A stretch of DNA of 41,570 nucleotides from Myxococcota bacterium (GCA_049969675.1 JBMFOP010000012.1:1-41570); one strand, 5' to 3'. Numbered from the stretch's first letter, positions 1-9,934 are shown. The notes: generated by a model from the letters alone, not told the origin. Program-made: numbers and translations.

Positions 1-814
1 CTGACTTTTCAAAGGTTGCTATTGTCTCAACCTCTTTTTTGGATTCTATGTCAAATTTTATAAGAGATAAGAATTCATTTGAGAGATTGGACAGGGCAAA
101 TAATGACCTTCCATCCTCAGAAAAATCAACTATCCTGAATTCTTCAAGAGGTCCAACTGTTAAAAGGTCAGTGAATTTCTCTGATGACGGTGTCTTTATT
201 TTAAATATCTTTTTGAGTGTTTTTCTGTCAAAGGTCTCAGCAATAAATATTCTGTTTTTTATATCCCCTTTGAAATCAATCACATCATCAGGGGATTGAG
301 CCAGTTCCGCTATTGCTCCATTTTTGAGATTGATGATAAAGAGGTCAAATCTCCCTCTCTGATTCAATTCCAGTCCGCATACTACTTCATCTTCAATTCT
401 GACATCAGTTATAAGAAATTTTGCGCTTATCCTGTTAAAAGGTGTGAGGTCTCGTATGATACCATTTTTAATATTTATTGAATATAGATGAATCCCCTTT
501 TTATCCTCAGTCTTTTTCAAAAAGAGGAGTGTATTTGAGTCGTTTGCCCATTCGTAAAAATTTATATCTGAATCCAGTTCTTTTATTATCTCCCTGTCAT
601 CATTCTTGCCGACTGTCCTGATAAAGATATTCTTCACATTATTTCCATCTCTTGAGATATAAGATATCTTCTCACCGTCAGGGGATATTTTTACGAATTC
701 TCTCTTCGGTGGTGAGAAGAGTACAGATGAAGGTATAGGCTCAGACAATAGAGATTGAGAGGAGAGGAATAAAATAAATATTAACGAGATTGTCAATTTA
801 AATATATTTCTCAT
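1..814 (-). CDS. S9-family (prolyl oligopeptidase/acylaminoacyl peptidase-like) secreted peptidase, N-terminal beta-propeller part; runs off the window's left edge
   Basis: Not in the ORF track. Manual translation from ATG at 814 (GGAG RBS) is open to base 1: MRNIFKLTISLIFILFLSSQSLLSEPIPSSVLFSPPKREFVKISPDGEKISYI...FYEWANDSNTLLF...RDLTPF. Signal peptide plus ISPDG/W/DLTP propeller motifs typical of S9 peptidases; the catalytic domain lies outside the window. Confidence 0.75.
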   Translation of the reverse strand, partial: MRNIFKLTISLIFILFLSSQSLLSEPIPSSVLFSPPKREFVKISPDGEKISYISRDGNNVKNIFIRTVGKNDDREIIKELDSDINFYEWANDSNTLLFLKKTEDKKGIHLYSINIKNGIIRDLTPFNRISAKFLITDVRIEDEVVCGLELNQRGRFDLFIINLKNGAIAELAQSPDDVIDFKGDIKNRIFIAETFDRKTLKKIFKIKTPSSEKFTDLLTVGPLEEFRIVDFSEDGRSLFALSNLSNEFLSLIKFDIESKKEVETIATFEKS

Positions 815-869
815 AATTGACTCCAAAATTAAAAATAATAATTCTTATATCAAATAAAATGAATTAAGT

Positions 870-1610
870 CTAAACTTTTAAGATACCCCTGAGGTCTCCA
901 TTGTAAGACCTGAATCTGTTCTTACAGGACGGACCTATAGAATATAAAAATAATGGCTCCTTCTGAAAGGGGGCTATTATAGATGAAGATACAGTTCCAT
1001 AATTATCGGTATGTACACAAATCTGATATCTCATATCTTTGCCCGAATGTTCTATGAGAATCTCTTTGAGCCCCTGAATTATTCTTTCGCAGTCAGAATC
1101 TATTTTTATTGAATCAATCTTTGACCTGATTAGACTGTTCTTATAATCCGAAACCTCTGGTATGGCATCCCAGTTTGAGAGGGTTACAATCCCTTCAGTA
1201 TGTTCGGTAATGTTAAGAGAGCCATTATATACAATTGTAATCGCCTGCCTGATATCTGCTACAAACAACTGGAAAAAGTTATATTCAGAAAAATCTATGT
1301 GTTTTAAGTCCTGAATCACCCTCTGAATATTCGGGGAGCCCAAAATCCTGAGCACTATAAGACCGCGAGATTTTTTGGAATTGTCTTTGGGAACAACCCC
1401 CGAGAGATTGGTGATAACGGCAGTAAGTCCCCATTCATTTACTCCCATAAAAGTCCCGAATTTGAGACGGTCTCTCGGGGCAAGTATTAAGGGGTGCTTA
1501 TTGATAATTGAGGGTGGGTCTGTCTTACGATTTAGAAATTCATCTCTATTCGCGGCAATTATTAATGGGAACTCCTTAAAATATCTCAGCGCAGCGATTA
1601 CAGTGCACAA
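870..1610 (-). CDS. NRDE/TANGO2 family protein (Ntn-hydrolase fold)
   Basis: Starts M-C-T, contains ANRDEF, RD..GT..G.N and SRG motifs, and C-terminal YGTVSSS; TTG start with GGAGG RBS. Confidence 0.92.
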   Translation of the reverse strand: MCTVIAALRYFKEFPLIIAANRDEFLNRKTDPPSIINKHPLILAPRDRLKFGTFMGVNEWGLTAVITNLSGVVPKDNSKKSRGLIVLRILGSPNIQRVIQDLKHIDFSEYNFFQLFVADIRQAITIVYNGSLNITEHTEGIVTLSNWDAIPEVSDYKNSLIRSKIDSIKIDSDCERIIQGLKEILIEHSGKDMRYQICVHTDNYGTVSSSIIAPFQKEPLFLYSIGPSCKNRFRSYNGDLRGILKV

Positions 1611-1652
1611 GACCCCCTCCTGTATTTAATCTTTGTGTTTGCAGAAAGGAGG

Positions 1653-1967
1653 TTATACTCCACGACCCTGTCTCTGGGCTCTCTTGGCTGCCTTTAGTGG
1701 GTTTATCTTCTGCTCAACTACCTTTCTCTCCACTTTCTGATGAGTCGCAAAATTACAGAGTCCATCCTCCCATTTGGCAGCGGGGTCGGCAAAGAGGGTG
1801 CAATATTTATTGCCACCGAATTCCATTATATTTGAACAAACTTCACCATTCTTACCACCGGTAAGGCAATTTTCAACTACTGGATGACAGCTGCCGCCCA
1901 CAAATGAGCAGCCATATTTTTTCCAGTGAACACACTCAACGCCCGGCTTAACTTTCTGGCACTTCAT
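1653..1967 (-). CDS. PxxKW family cysteine-rich protein
   Basis: 8 Cys, PAAKW motif, CNFATH and KINPLKAAKR tail; strong GGAGG RBS. Confidence 0.85.
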   Translation of the reverse strand: MKCQKVKPGVECVHWKKYGCSFVGGSCHPVVENCLTGGKNGEVCSNIMEFGGNKYCTLFADPAAKWEDGLCNFATHQKVERKVVEQKINPLKAAKRAQRQGRGV

Positions 1968-2049
1968 CTTACAACCTCCAAAAAAGAGATTGAACTTTTA
2001 ATTCAAAATAAATGGAAAGTCAAATTTTTTTTTAATTAATATTGAGATT

Positions 2050-2812
2050 CACATCTGTCCAAAACAAATTTTAATTTTAGTCCTCTTAGATATTGAATTT
2101 TGAAGAAAAGGATTTATATGAATATGAATCGCTTTAGTTTTTGATAAATTCTACAAATATTTCCCAATAATATGCTTTGCAAATCAATGGGAGAAACAAA
2201 GGCTGACAGAGGAACAAAGGTATTTATCTCTTAAAAATAATTCGTAGCAATGTTATCCTGTCAATTTAAACTGGCTCATTCATTAAGGGGATTTTGTTTA
2301 TCCATTAAGGCGAATAGAGTGAGACAAAGGGGAAGGTCACAAATCATCTTAAATTTTGAGCAACGACATTGGCGAGGATAAACAAAGAAATCTGGCAGAT
2401 AGAGGTATTCTTTAAGATAATAAAACAGAATCTGAAGATAAAGACATTTGTGGGGACAATGCCAAATGCAGTAATGACACAGATTTGGACAGCATTGATA
2501 GCGATACTACTTTTAAAGTATCTGAAGTTTCGTTTTACCTTTGGATGGTCATTGAGCAATCTTGTAGCAATACTCAGGTATAATCTCTTTACATACAGGG
2601 ACTTATGGGAGTGGCTCAATAAACCCTTTGAGACCTTACCTATTGTGCCTGATGTAGAGAAACTAACATTGAGGGGTATTTAAGTTGGACAGCATTTAAT
2701 AGAAATTATATTGAAGAAAAGTGGGCAACCTGATCTTGAAAATGTGAATTTATCCATACAAAACCTTTATTTTACAAATATTTAACTTCTCAAATCAGAT
2801 TATTTTAGACCG
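2050..2812 (+). mobile_element. Decayed, internally deleted IS4-family element (DUF4372-type)
   Basis: Left TIR-like CACATCTGTCCAAAA at 2050-2064, transposase fragments inside, TTGGACAGC just after the stop, and a degenerate right end TATTTTAGACCG at 2801-2812. Confidence 0.75.
2124..2683 (+). pseudogene. IS4-family transposase pseudogene
   Basis: The frame from 2124 reads MNRFSF**ILQIFP...KADRGTKVFIS*K*FVAMLSCQFKLAHSLRGFC (DUF4372-like N-terminus with stops), then jumps to the C-terminal WQIEVFFKIIKQNLKIKTFVGT.NAV..QIW region (ORF 2369-2683). The central DDE part is missing. Confidence 0.88.
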
Positions 2813-2860
2813 TAACATCCCAAAATTTAAGTAATAGGTATTTTCGTTATATTCATTTTG

Positions 2861-2896
2861 AGAATAAAAACTACTTTGCCTTAATGCGATTATAAT
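2861..2896 (+). repeat. Dispersed repeat block B, copy 1 (other copy at 25878-25914)
   Basis: AGAATAAAAACTACTTTGCCTTAATGCGATTATAAT versus AGAACAAAAATCTCCTTTGCACTAAAACGATTATAAT. Confidence 0.6.
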
Positions 2897-3025
2897 CCAT
2901 CTTTTCTCTGTGGATTCCTTAATTTTTTCCAAAAATTATAAATTTTTCCCAGACTGAAATTATAACTATACAACATTCCTTAATTAAGTAATATGTATAT
3001 AGGGGTCAAAACTCAAATTCCCCCA

Positions 3026-3069
3026 TTAGATTCTTTAATCGCAACTTCTATGCAAAGTGCACAGAAGAT
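3026..3069 (+). repeat. Dispersed repeat block A, copy 1 (other copy at 25813-25856); probable end of an unclassified IS/MITE
   Basis: 44 bp with 5 mismatches: TTAGATTCTTTAATCGCAACTTCTATGCAAAGTGCACAGAAGAT versus TTAGACTCTTTAATCATAACTTCTACGCAAAATGCACAGAAGAT. Confidence 0.8.
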
Positions 3070-3116
3070 TTTTTATGGACCGGCTATGCCGAATTAGGGT
3101 TTAAATAGCAGTATTC

Positions 3117-5486
3117 TTATTTCTTTTTTAATTCAAGGTACTTCTTTATCTGTTTGAATTGAGATTCTCCATCCAGACCAGCCTCATACATAACCGCCTC
3201 TCCTGAGCCAGAACCCAGGTATTTCCCCTTCATATATGGGTGCATCGTGAGCTCTCTTCCCAATTTTCCGACAACCCATTTGAGCATTGTTGGTAGTGTA
3301 AATCCAGTGATTCCCATTGCCTCTTCTCTGAGCGAATATGGCAGAATCTCTTCCTTCTTCTTATCATCAAGAAGTTCAAAGAGTTCAGCACTTGAAACAT
3401 AGAAGATATTCAGATTTATTCCCTCTTTATCCAGAAGTGGTAGCACTTTATTTATAAATTCAATCATAACTGCACTTTCCTGAATGATAATTGTCCCTTC
3501 CGCCTTATAGTCTTTTGCCTTCCTTATAGGATAAATGCCTTTTATAGATTCAGATGCGGGCGTGATCTTAAGAACACTCCTATTATAAACCTTTTCATTT
3601 GGCCTTGTAACAAATGGAGCGAGGATGCAGGGTCTTTTTCTCAAACCGGCAATAAGTAATGGCCAGACCTCTCCGGGCTCCCAGGGGGTAAGTGTAATTA
3701 GAATGCCTTTGGGGAAGTTTTCCTGCAGGAGCTGGAGACATTGCGGGTCGGCGTGAGTGGGACCATCTTCACCTGTCTTCAGCCCTGCGTGGGCATTCAC
3801 CAGTATCCAGGGATTATAACTTCCTCCAAAATGTTCAACTCGGTTCTGTTGACCTATTCCATAAAGTCTTGCAGCGGTGTGTTCCATAGCCGCAATAAAC
3901 GCACCATAAGAAGAACTGGAAGGTATGTGTTTGCCAAATGCCGCAATTCCACTCATCATCGCGCCCATGGCATCTTCGCAGATGCCTCCGATTGAGAGGA
4001 GCCTGCAATCTGGATTTTCAACTGCGTCAAAGAATCCCTCGGCAAACCCTTTATTGACTGAATTGATAGAGGTGCTGCCAAGAAGGTCTGCGGCACCGGC
4101 GACAAGGGCGCCTCCAGTCTTCTTATTTAGATAATTCAATGAATCTCCGAGTGCAGCCCTGATGGTGGTAACTGTATCCGGTGAGAGTTTTAATTCTTCT
4201 GGAGTCACCTCGGACTTGATTTCAGAAGAGGAATATATCAGGTTTACATCAGGTTTCTTATCGTGAGGTTTTCTGTTGTATGAGTTGAGCCTCTTCTTCG
4301 CCTCTTTAATCTTTTCTGCAAAATAACTGAGTTGACTATCTGATTCTATAGCCTTTCTGATGGTCATAAGTGTTTCATAATAGAGGGATTCAATGTCTTC
4401 TGGCTTTGGTTCTATCTCGCACTTTGGAACAAGTGTCCCATAAGTGTCCTGAAAATCTTTGCAGGCTGCATAATAACCTTCTGAGCAGAATTTGTGGCCA
4501 GCCCCATGTGATGCCTTCCCTTCAATCCCGTATCTCCATCCCTTTATCGTCCTGTATACAATGGCTGTGGGCATCTTATTATCTAATTGCATTGCGAAGA
4601 GTTGTGCAGCAACAATTTTATTAAAGTCCTTTCCGTCATCTACATAGATTACATTAAAATCATGGAGATAACAGAGTTCAACAGGGTTCCACTGTACATA
4701 ATCGCCTTTCTGATTTCCATCTCTACAGACCCTGTTTGAATCAATAGATGCCTGATTGAAGTCAATATGTAGAAATGCATTATATAGTCTTGATGCAGAT
4801 GCAGAGGCTAATGCCTCGGCGACCCTACCCGGTGTCATACCTCCCTCACCCTCAACAATATGAACCTTGGGGGGATTCTCTCTGTAATAGTCAAGCGCAC
4901 CAAATGCATAACCAAATGCGGCGGGTACCCCAACTCCTGATGCACCCGTTGCAACTTTTACAAATGGAGTGGCGGGTGTTGGGTGTCCATCCAGTGCCTT
5001 TGATTTGAATTTGTTAAATAGCGGAAGTTTATTTGTAGGATTTCTTCTGAACCCGAGCAGGTCTTCAAATCTCAATTGAAACTTCTCCTCTGGCAATTCT
5101 GATGGGGCAAATGCTCTTACAATCTCATTTCTTAATGCCCATATTGCATATAAACCGAGAGCCTTGTGCCCGGCTGCATAAATGACCACATCCTGATCTT
5201 CTCTATTAGGGTCTTTGATATCAAAATCTAAAATGTTGTAAATTATTGAGGAGACAAATCTACCCGAGGAGATAGAGCCACCCGGATGTCCACTCATAGG
5301 TACATAGTTATACATTACTGCACAGAGCGTGCGATAGATGATATCTAACCTCTCAAAGAGCCTCTTCTCATCATCCGAGAGAGGATTTTCTGCCTGTATT
5401 ATGTCATTTATATCATAATACTTACCTCTCCTCTCAGCAAATCCCAATGTCTTTGATGGAACACCTTCAAAAAGTCTTTTCTGCAT
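3117..5486 (-). CDS. Transketolase-like ThDP-dependent enzyme (single chain, atypical)
   Basis: SGHPGG, AGHK, LDGHP, ATGASGVG, ThDP motif GEGG...N, ADL, GICEDAM, GEDGPTH; AGGAGG RBS. Confidence 0.85.
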   Translation of the reverse strand: MQKRLFEGVPSKTLGFAERRGKYYDINDIIQAENPLSDDEKRLFERLDIIYRTLCAVMYNYVPMSGHPGGSISSGRFVSSIIYNILDFDIKDPNREDQDVVIYAAGHKALGLYAIWALRNEIVRAFAPSELPEEKFQLRFEDLLGFRRNPTNKLPLFNKFKSKALDGHPTPATPFVKVATGASGVGVPAAFGYAFGALDYYRENPPKVHIVEGEGGMTPGRVAEALASASASRLYNAFLHIDFNQASIDSNRVCRDGNQKGDYVQWNPVELCYLHDFNVIYVDDGKDFNKIVAAQLFAMQLDNKMPTAIVYRTIKGWRYGIEGKASHGAGHKFCSEGYYAACKDFQDTYGTLVPKCEIEPKPEDIESLYYETLMTIRKAIESDSQLSYFAEKIKEAKKRLNSYNRKPHDKKPDVNLIYSSSEIKSEVTPEELKLSPDTVTTIRAALGDSLNYLNKKTGGALVAGAADLLGSTSINSVNKGFAEGFFDAVENPDCRLLSIGGICEDAMGAMMSGIAAFGKHIPSSSSYGAFIAAMEHTAARLYGIGQQNRVEHFGGSYNPWILVNAHAGLKTGEDGPTHADPQCLQLLQENFPKGILITLTPWEPGEVWPLLIAGLRKRPCILAPFVTRPNEKVYNRSVLKITPASESIKGIYPIRKAKDYKAEGTIIIQESAVMIEFINKVLPLLDKEGINLNIFYVSSAELFELLDDKKKEEILPYSLREEAMGITGFTLPTMLKWVVGKLGRELTMHPYMKGKYLGSGSGEAVMYEAGLDGESQFKQIKKYLELKKK

Positions 5487-5498
5487 ATTACCTCCTTA

Positions 5499-6029
5499 TT
5501 ATCTGTTTATGTTCAAATTAAAATTTTGCCAGAATTTTAATTGGATTTCATTCCCCAATTCGTATATCTGCACCAGAATAGTTTCATCGCTCTTTTCAAT
5601 TATCCCACAGGTTCTTACCAGAGGATATCTGGCAGAACCGGCACTCCCCGGATTGATAAACAGAATATTATTGGAGCAGGATGCTACATAGTTATGAGTA
5701 TGTCCATATACTACAATGTCTGGCTTTAATGAATATATCAATCTTGAAAGCTCAATCCAGTTTGGGTCTGTCTTCTCAATAATGTGTGATATAAATATCT
5801 TTAATCCATCAACTTTATAATAGAGGTACTCAGGTAGTATATCTCTTAAGTCTACATCTGTATTTCCTTTTACTGAAAATGTAGGTGCTATATCATTTAA
5901 TGATTTTATGATTTCAAGACCGCCTATATCTCCTGCACATATAATGTGATTCACATCTTTGAAGATATTTCTTATTCTTCTATCAAACTGCCCGTGCAGG
6001 TCAGATATCAGACCAATCTTGATATTCAT
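5499..6029 (-). CDS. YfcE/MJ0936-family metallophosphoesterase
   Basis: SDLHG, AGD, GNTD, SH, GHTH and NPGS motifs; TAATG overlap with the upstream gene. Confidence 0.9.
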   Translation of the reverse strand: MNIKIGLISDLHGQFDRRIRNIFKDVNHIICAGDIGGLEIIKSLNDIAPTFSVKGNTDVDLRDILPEYLYYKVDGLKIFISHIIEKTDPNWIELSRLIYSLKPDIVVYGHTHNYVASCSNNILFINPGSAGSARYPLVRTCGIIEKSDETILVQIYELGNEIQLKFWQNFNLNINR

Positions 6030-6643
6030 TATCTCTTTTTCCCCTTATTTAATGCATCCTTGATGTTGTTGAGTGTTATAATGGCAGTTGAGATATTGAT
6101 CGCCTCATCCATTGTCGGCTGTTTCTTTACAATCTTTTTTAGAATAAAAGATGTATCGGTTGCACTTGCTTTGATTGAATAGATGAGGACAGTCTTATCT
6201 TCATAAGGGTATAAATCGTATCTATAATCACCGGATTTGAGGTCGCCGGATACAACAGATATCTCAATACTGCTTTTGGGATTGTGTTTGTGTTTCATCC
6301 TGTATCTGATGCTATATAAGACGGCATCTAATTTGTAATCAATGAATGTAACATCTCCTTCCTGTTTTACTACTTTGCACTCAAGGACTGATGGGAATAT
6401 ATCGGTGTAATGTTCATAGTCTGTTATTAAATCCCAGACCGCATCTGGTTTTGCATCTATGATAGTAAATAGAGATACCTGTTTTGGTCTTATCTTTGAA
6501 TTTTCAATAAATCCGAGTTCGCCCTTTTTGAGTAATGGTATAATTGAATTAATATCAAAGTCGGTATCAACTGGTGACATCAATTTTCCTCCCCATAAAG
6601 GTGAAATAGAAATAAACAGCGAAATAAAAATGATATATCTCAT
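6029..6643 (-). CDS. SRPBCC/START-fold (polyketide cyclase-like) protein with predicted signal peptide
   Basis: IDAKPDAVWDLITDYEHYTDIFP motif; hydrophobic N-terminus. Confidence 0.8.
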   Translation of the reverse strand: MRYIIFISLFISISPLWGGKLMSPVDTDFDINSIIPLLKKGELGFIENSKIRPKQVSLFTIIDAKPDAVWDLITDYEHYTDIFPSVLECKVVKQEGDVTFIDYKLDAVLYSIRYRMKHKHNPKSSIEISVVSGDLKSGDYRYDLYPYEDKTVLIYSIKASATDTSFILKKIVKKQPTMDEAINISTAIITLNNIKDALNKGKKR

Positions 6644-6830
6644 TAAAACCCCGCAGGTATATATAACTTCATATAGACATAAAAATTACTTTATTCAAGT
6701 ATAATTATAAATGTAAAAATGTTCAAATCGTTACCTTTTGATTCCCGCATCAAAGATTATGATGATTATTTTTGGGGGAAGGTCGTAAAAATTTTGATTT
6801 TCTTTAAATGTATATTATTATATCAGGTGT

Positions 6831-8501
6831 ATGACTGAAGAGCACTTAAATATAAGTAAAATTAATGAAGTAAAAGATATCATTGTCTCATTTATAAAAC
6901 TGAAAAGGGCTCAGAGGATTTACCTGCCAAATAATGAGATATTGCAGAAATTACATATAGAGATTGTCCACAAATTTAAAAAATTCTTTATGGGCGATGA
7001 ACATCTGACCCTCTATATTATGCCCACAGATATATATTATGAGAAGAATCTCGTCTATAGTAACCCTGACAGGGCGGAGAGTCTCGCCTTCCTGCTCTAT
7101 TCTAATGGAATAAATAGTATAACATTTTATAGAGGTGTAGAGGAGAAGGAGCTTTTTGACCTCATATCCATATTAAATATTGATATGTTTGATGAAGATA
7201 CTCTTGAGGATGATATTGTAACCCTTATGTGGAGTAGAGAGTTTAATTTTATTGAATATTCATTAAGGGATGACTATTTTATTCAAAATCCTCAGGAGAG
7301 CGATATTTTTGAATTTATAAAGAAGGAGAAGAGAGAGGATACAATTGTCTCTAATGATAGTGACCTTGAATTTGACCCTGAAGAGCTTGAACCTCCACCG
7401 GTAATTCCTCACAATGAGATCGCACTCTTAGATGATGAGGTTGAAAAGATACGGTCGGAGATTGAATATGAGGATGAGAATGCACTTCAGATAGGGATGC
7501 TTGATGTCTTGCTTGAACTACTTTTTCATGAGAGGAATCAGGAGGAGATTGAAAAATATGTGTCTACTATAGAGAAGTTTATAATCAACTCATTTATTGA
7601 GGGGAACCTCAGGACATTTAATGTCCTTATGATGAGATATAATGAACATATAAATGGTGTCTTCAGTTCCTCTGAGACTATAAAGTCTTTATATGACAGT
7701 ATTGTTTCAGAACTCTCATCCGAGAAGTATGTCTCTCAACTGATAGATATGCTTAATTCCACATATCATCAGGGCTTAAATGATGTATTGCTTTATTTAA
7801 ACAATCTGAAGAAGGATATAGTTCCAGTCTTGCTAAATAAATTGGTTGAATTAAAACATATTGCATATAGAAGGGTCTTTTGTGAGGCAATAGCTCAGAA
7901 TGGTTATAATTATGTTGATATTATTGGCTCAAGGCTTAAGAACACCTCTGAGGCAATAATGAAAGATATTATTTATATTCTTGGGAAGATAAAAAATCCA
8001 AAAGCCCTTGAATATCTCTCAAAGGCACTAAAATTGCCATCAAAGGAGCTGAGGCTGGAGGCGGTTGCTTCAATTGGAAGATATAGAGATGAGGATTCTG
8101 AAAAGTATCTGATTGAGGCCCTTCTTGATCCGGATCTGGATGTGAGGACATCTGCACTTAGAAATATTGTAGCACACGGCTCATACCAGACTGTGAATTC
8201 CCTGATTGCATTTATTGGAACCGATGATTTTAATAGGAAATCACAGCAGGAGAAGAGGAGATTCTTTTTAGCCCTTGCCAGGCTAGCAGGTCCGGCCCTG
8301 GTTAATTATCTTGAAGACCTGCTTCTAAATCAAAAATTTTCATCGGTTCAAATAGAGAACGAATTGAAGATGTGTGCAATTGCAGCACTTGAGATGATTG
8401 GGGACCATACAGCGCTGGAGGTATTAAAGAAGGCAAAAAATAGGGTGAAACCTGCGATTGCCGAATATGTTGAAGAGGCTATAAAGAGTATTCAAAAATG
8501 A
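6831..8501 (+). CDS. HEAT-repeat domain protein
   Basis: N-terminal R.Y...N helical region, acidic linker, and C-terminal HEAT/PBS repeats (LGKI..P.ALEYL..AL; LR.EAV..IG; ALLDPDLDVR..AL); ATGA overlap with the HD-GYP gene. Confidence 0.85.
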   Translation: MTEEHLNISKINEVKDIIVSFIKLKRAQRIYLPNNEILQKLHIEIVHKFKKFFMGDEHLTLYIMPTDIYYEKNLVYSNPDRAESLAFLLYSNGINSITFYRGVEEKELFDLISILNIDMFDEDTLEDDIVTLMWSREFNFIEYSLRDDYFIQNPQESDIFEFIKKEKREDTIVSNDSDLEFDPEELEPPPVIPHNEIALLDDEVEKIRSEIEYEDENALQIGMLDVLLELLFHERNQEEIEKYVSTIEKFIINSFIEGNLRTFNVLMMRYNEHINGVFSSSETIKSLYDSIVSELSSEKYVSQLIDMLNSTYHQGLNDVLLYLNNLKKDIVPVLLNKLVELKHIAYRRVFCEAIAQNGYNYVDIIGSRLKNTSEAIMKDIIYILGKIKNPKALEYLSKALKLPSKELRLEAVASIGRYRDEDSEKYLIEALLDPDLDVRTSALRNIVAHGSYQTVNSLIAFIGTDDFNRKSQQEKRRFFLALARLAGPALVNYLEDLLLNQKFSSVQIENELKMCAIAALEMIGDHTALEVLKKAKNRVKPAIAEYVEEAIKSIQK

Positions 8502-9934
8502 ATAATAAAAATGTTATTAGAAGTAGATTAAATTTTGATAAACAGGCGATAATCCATCTATATCGTATCTGTAAATTGTTGACCACCCACGAGCCCGATA
8601 ATGAAATATTTACAAAGTCTACACATAATCTGCTATATTCTGTATCAAAGATCCTTGAGCAGGAAGGCATCTTCTCTATGTTATTTTATAAAAATGAAAT
8701 CTATCTCAATAAGGCGAGGGTGGCGCAGAATATTACAAACTTCTCTGCAAGTGATTATCTCTCAAAACTATTTAATAGCAAGAAGATTGGAGGTTTTGAG
8801 TTCTTTACACTACCTGATTCAAGGGAATTTCTCCTGTTTTTCTATAATCTGATGAAGTATTCTGCAGCCGAGGGAACAGATGCAGTGAAGGTATTTGAGG
8901 ACCTGCTTGAGATTAATGGGATCAGAAACATCAGGGTTCTTCCCGTGCAGGTGGTTGAACATAAGATAAACGAGGATGAAGTACAGATTCTGAGGGATTA
9001 TAAGAGAAGGACCTTAATTATATATCAGAGCACGATTCGTTTCTTAAAAGATGCACTGAGTTCAAAAGACTTACTGACCGGTGTGGATATGCGAAATGCC
9101 AAGAGACTTGTAAATCAGATGGTTGACCTCTCCTCACACAATGTGGAGAACTTCTCATTCTGGGGGTTATCTGCAATTAAGAATTTTGATGAATATACCT
9201 TTAATCACAGCGTGAATGTATGTGTGCTCGCTATAGCCTTTGGGAACGCACTTGGCTTAAACAGGAGGAGACTTGCAGAGCTCGGTCTGGCTGCACTTTT
9301 TCATGACATAGGTAAACTGACAATTCCCAAGAAGATTCTCAACAAGCCTGGACAATTGACAAATGAGGAATGGGACATTATGAAACAACATCCATTATTT
9401 GCAATAAGACTGTTATTTAATATGCACGGTTATAATGAATCTGGACTGAAGAAGATAATTGTGGCACTACAGCATCATATGAACTATGACTTTTCTGGTT
9501 ATCCGAAGTTAATCCTTGAAAAGAAATTGCATCTCTTTAGTAGAATTGTATCTATAGTTGATACCTTTGACGCAATGACAACTGAAAGGGTATATCAGAA
9601 GGCGATGAAACCTGATGAGGCACTCAGAAAGATTATATCTTTCTCCTCTAAAAGATATGACCCGATATTGGTCAAGGCATTTGTATCTTCTATTGGGCTC
9701 TATCCGCCCGGGACTATTGTTGAATTGAACAATGGTGACATGGGTATTGTCCTTAAATCCAATCCACAATATGAGAACATTGAAAGACCTATAATTAAAA
9801 TTATAAATTCACCCGAATCGTATAAATCTGGTAATATTATAAATCTGGCAGAGATACCAGCATTGACAATAAAGAGAAGTATTGACCCGAATGAGACCGG
9901 GATAAACACATCATTTTATCTTTTTAATGAATAG
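8498..9934 (+). CDS. HD-GYP domain cyclic dinucleotide phosphodiesterase (RxxQ variant)
   Basis: DEYTFNHSVNV, HDIGK, ILNKPGQLT.EEW..MKQHP, HHMNYDFSGYP, VDTFDAMTTERVYQK. Confidence 0.9.
   Translation: MNNKNVIRSRLNFDKQAIIHLYRICKLLTTHEPDNEIFTKSTHNLLYSVSKILEQEGIFSMLFYKNEIYLNKARVAQNITNFSASDYLSKLFNSKKIGGFEFFTLPDSREFLLFFYNLMKYSAAEGTDAVKVFEDLLEINGIRNIRVLPVQVVEHKINEDEVQILRDYKRRTLIIYQSTIRFLKDALSSKDLLTGVDMRNAKRLVNQMVDLSSHNVENFSFWGLSAIKNFDEYTFNHSVNVCVLAIAFGNALGLNRRRLAELGLAALFHDIGKLTIPKKILNKPGQLTNEEWDIMKQHPLFAIRLLFNMHGYNESGLKKIIVALQHHMNYDFSGYPKLILEKKLHLFSRIVSIVDTFDAMTTERVYQKAMKPDEALRKIISFSSKRYDPILVKAFVSSIGLYPPGTIVELNNGDMGIVLKSNPQYENIERPIIKIINSPESYKSGNIINLAEIPALTIKRSIDPNETGINTSFYLFNE

Noticed and set aside
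39..481. Two short plus-strand ORFs (39-299, 296-481)
   Set aside because: Antisense to the S9 peptidase frame, which is open from 814 to the window edge.
2344..2619. 91-aa minus-strand ORF
   Set aside because: Shadow of the transposase fragment.
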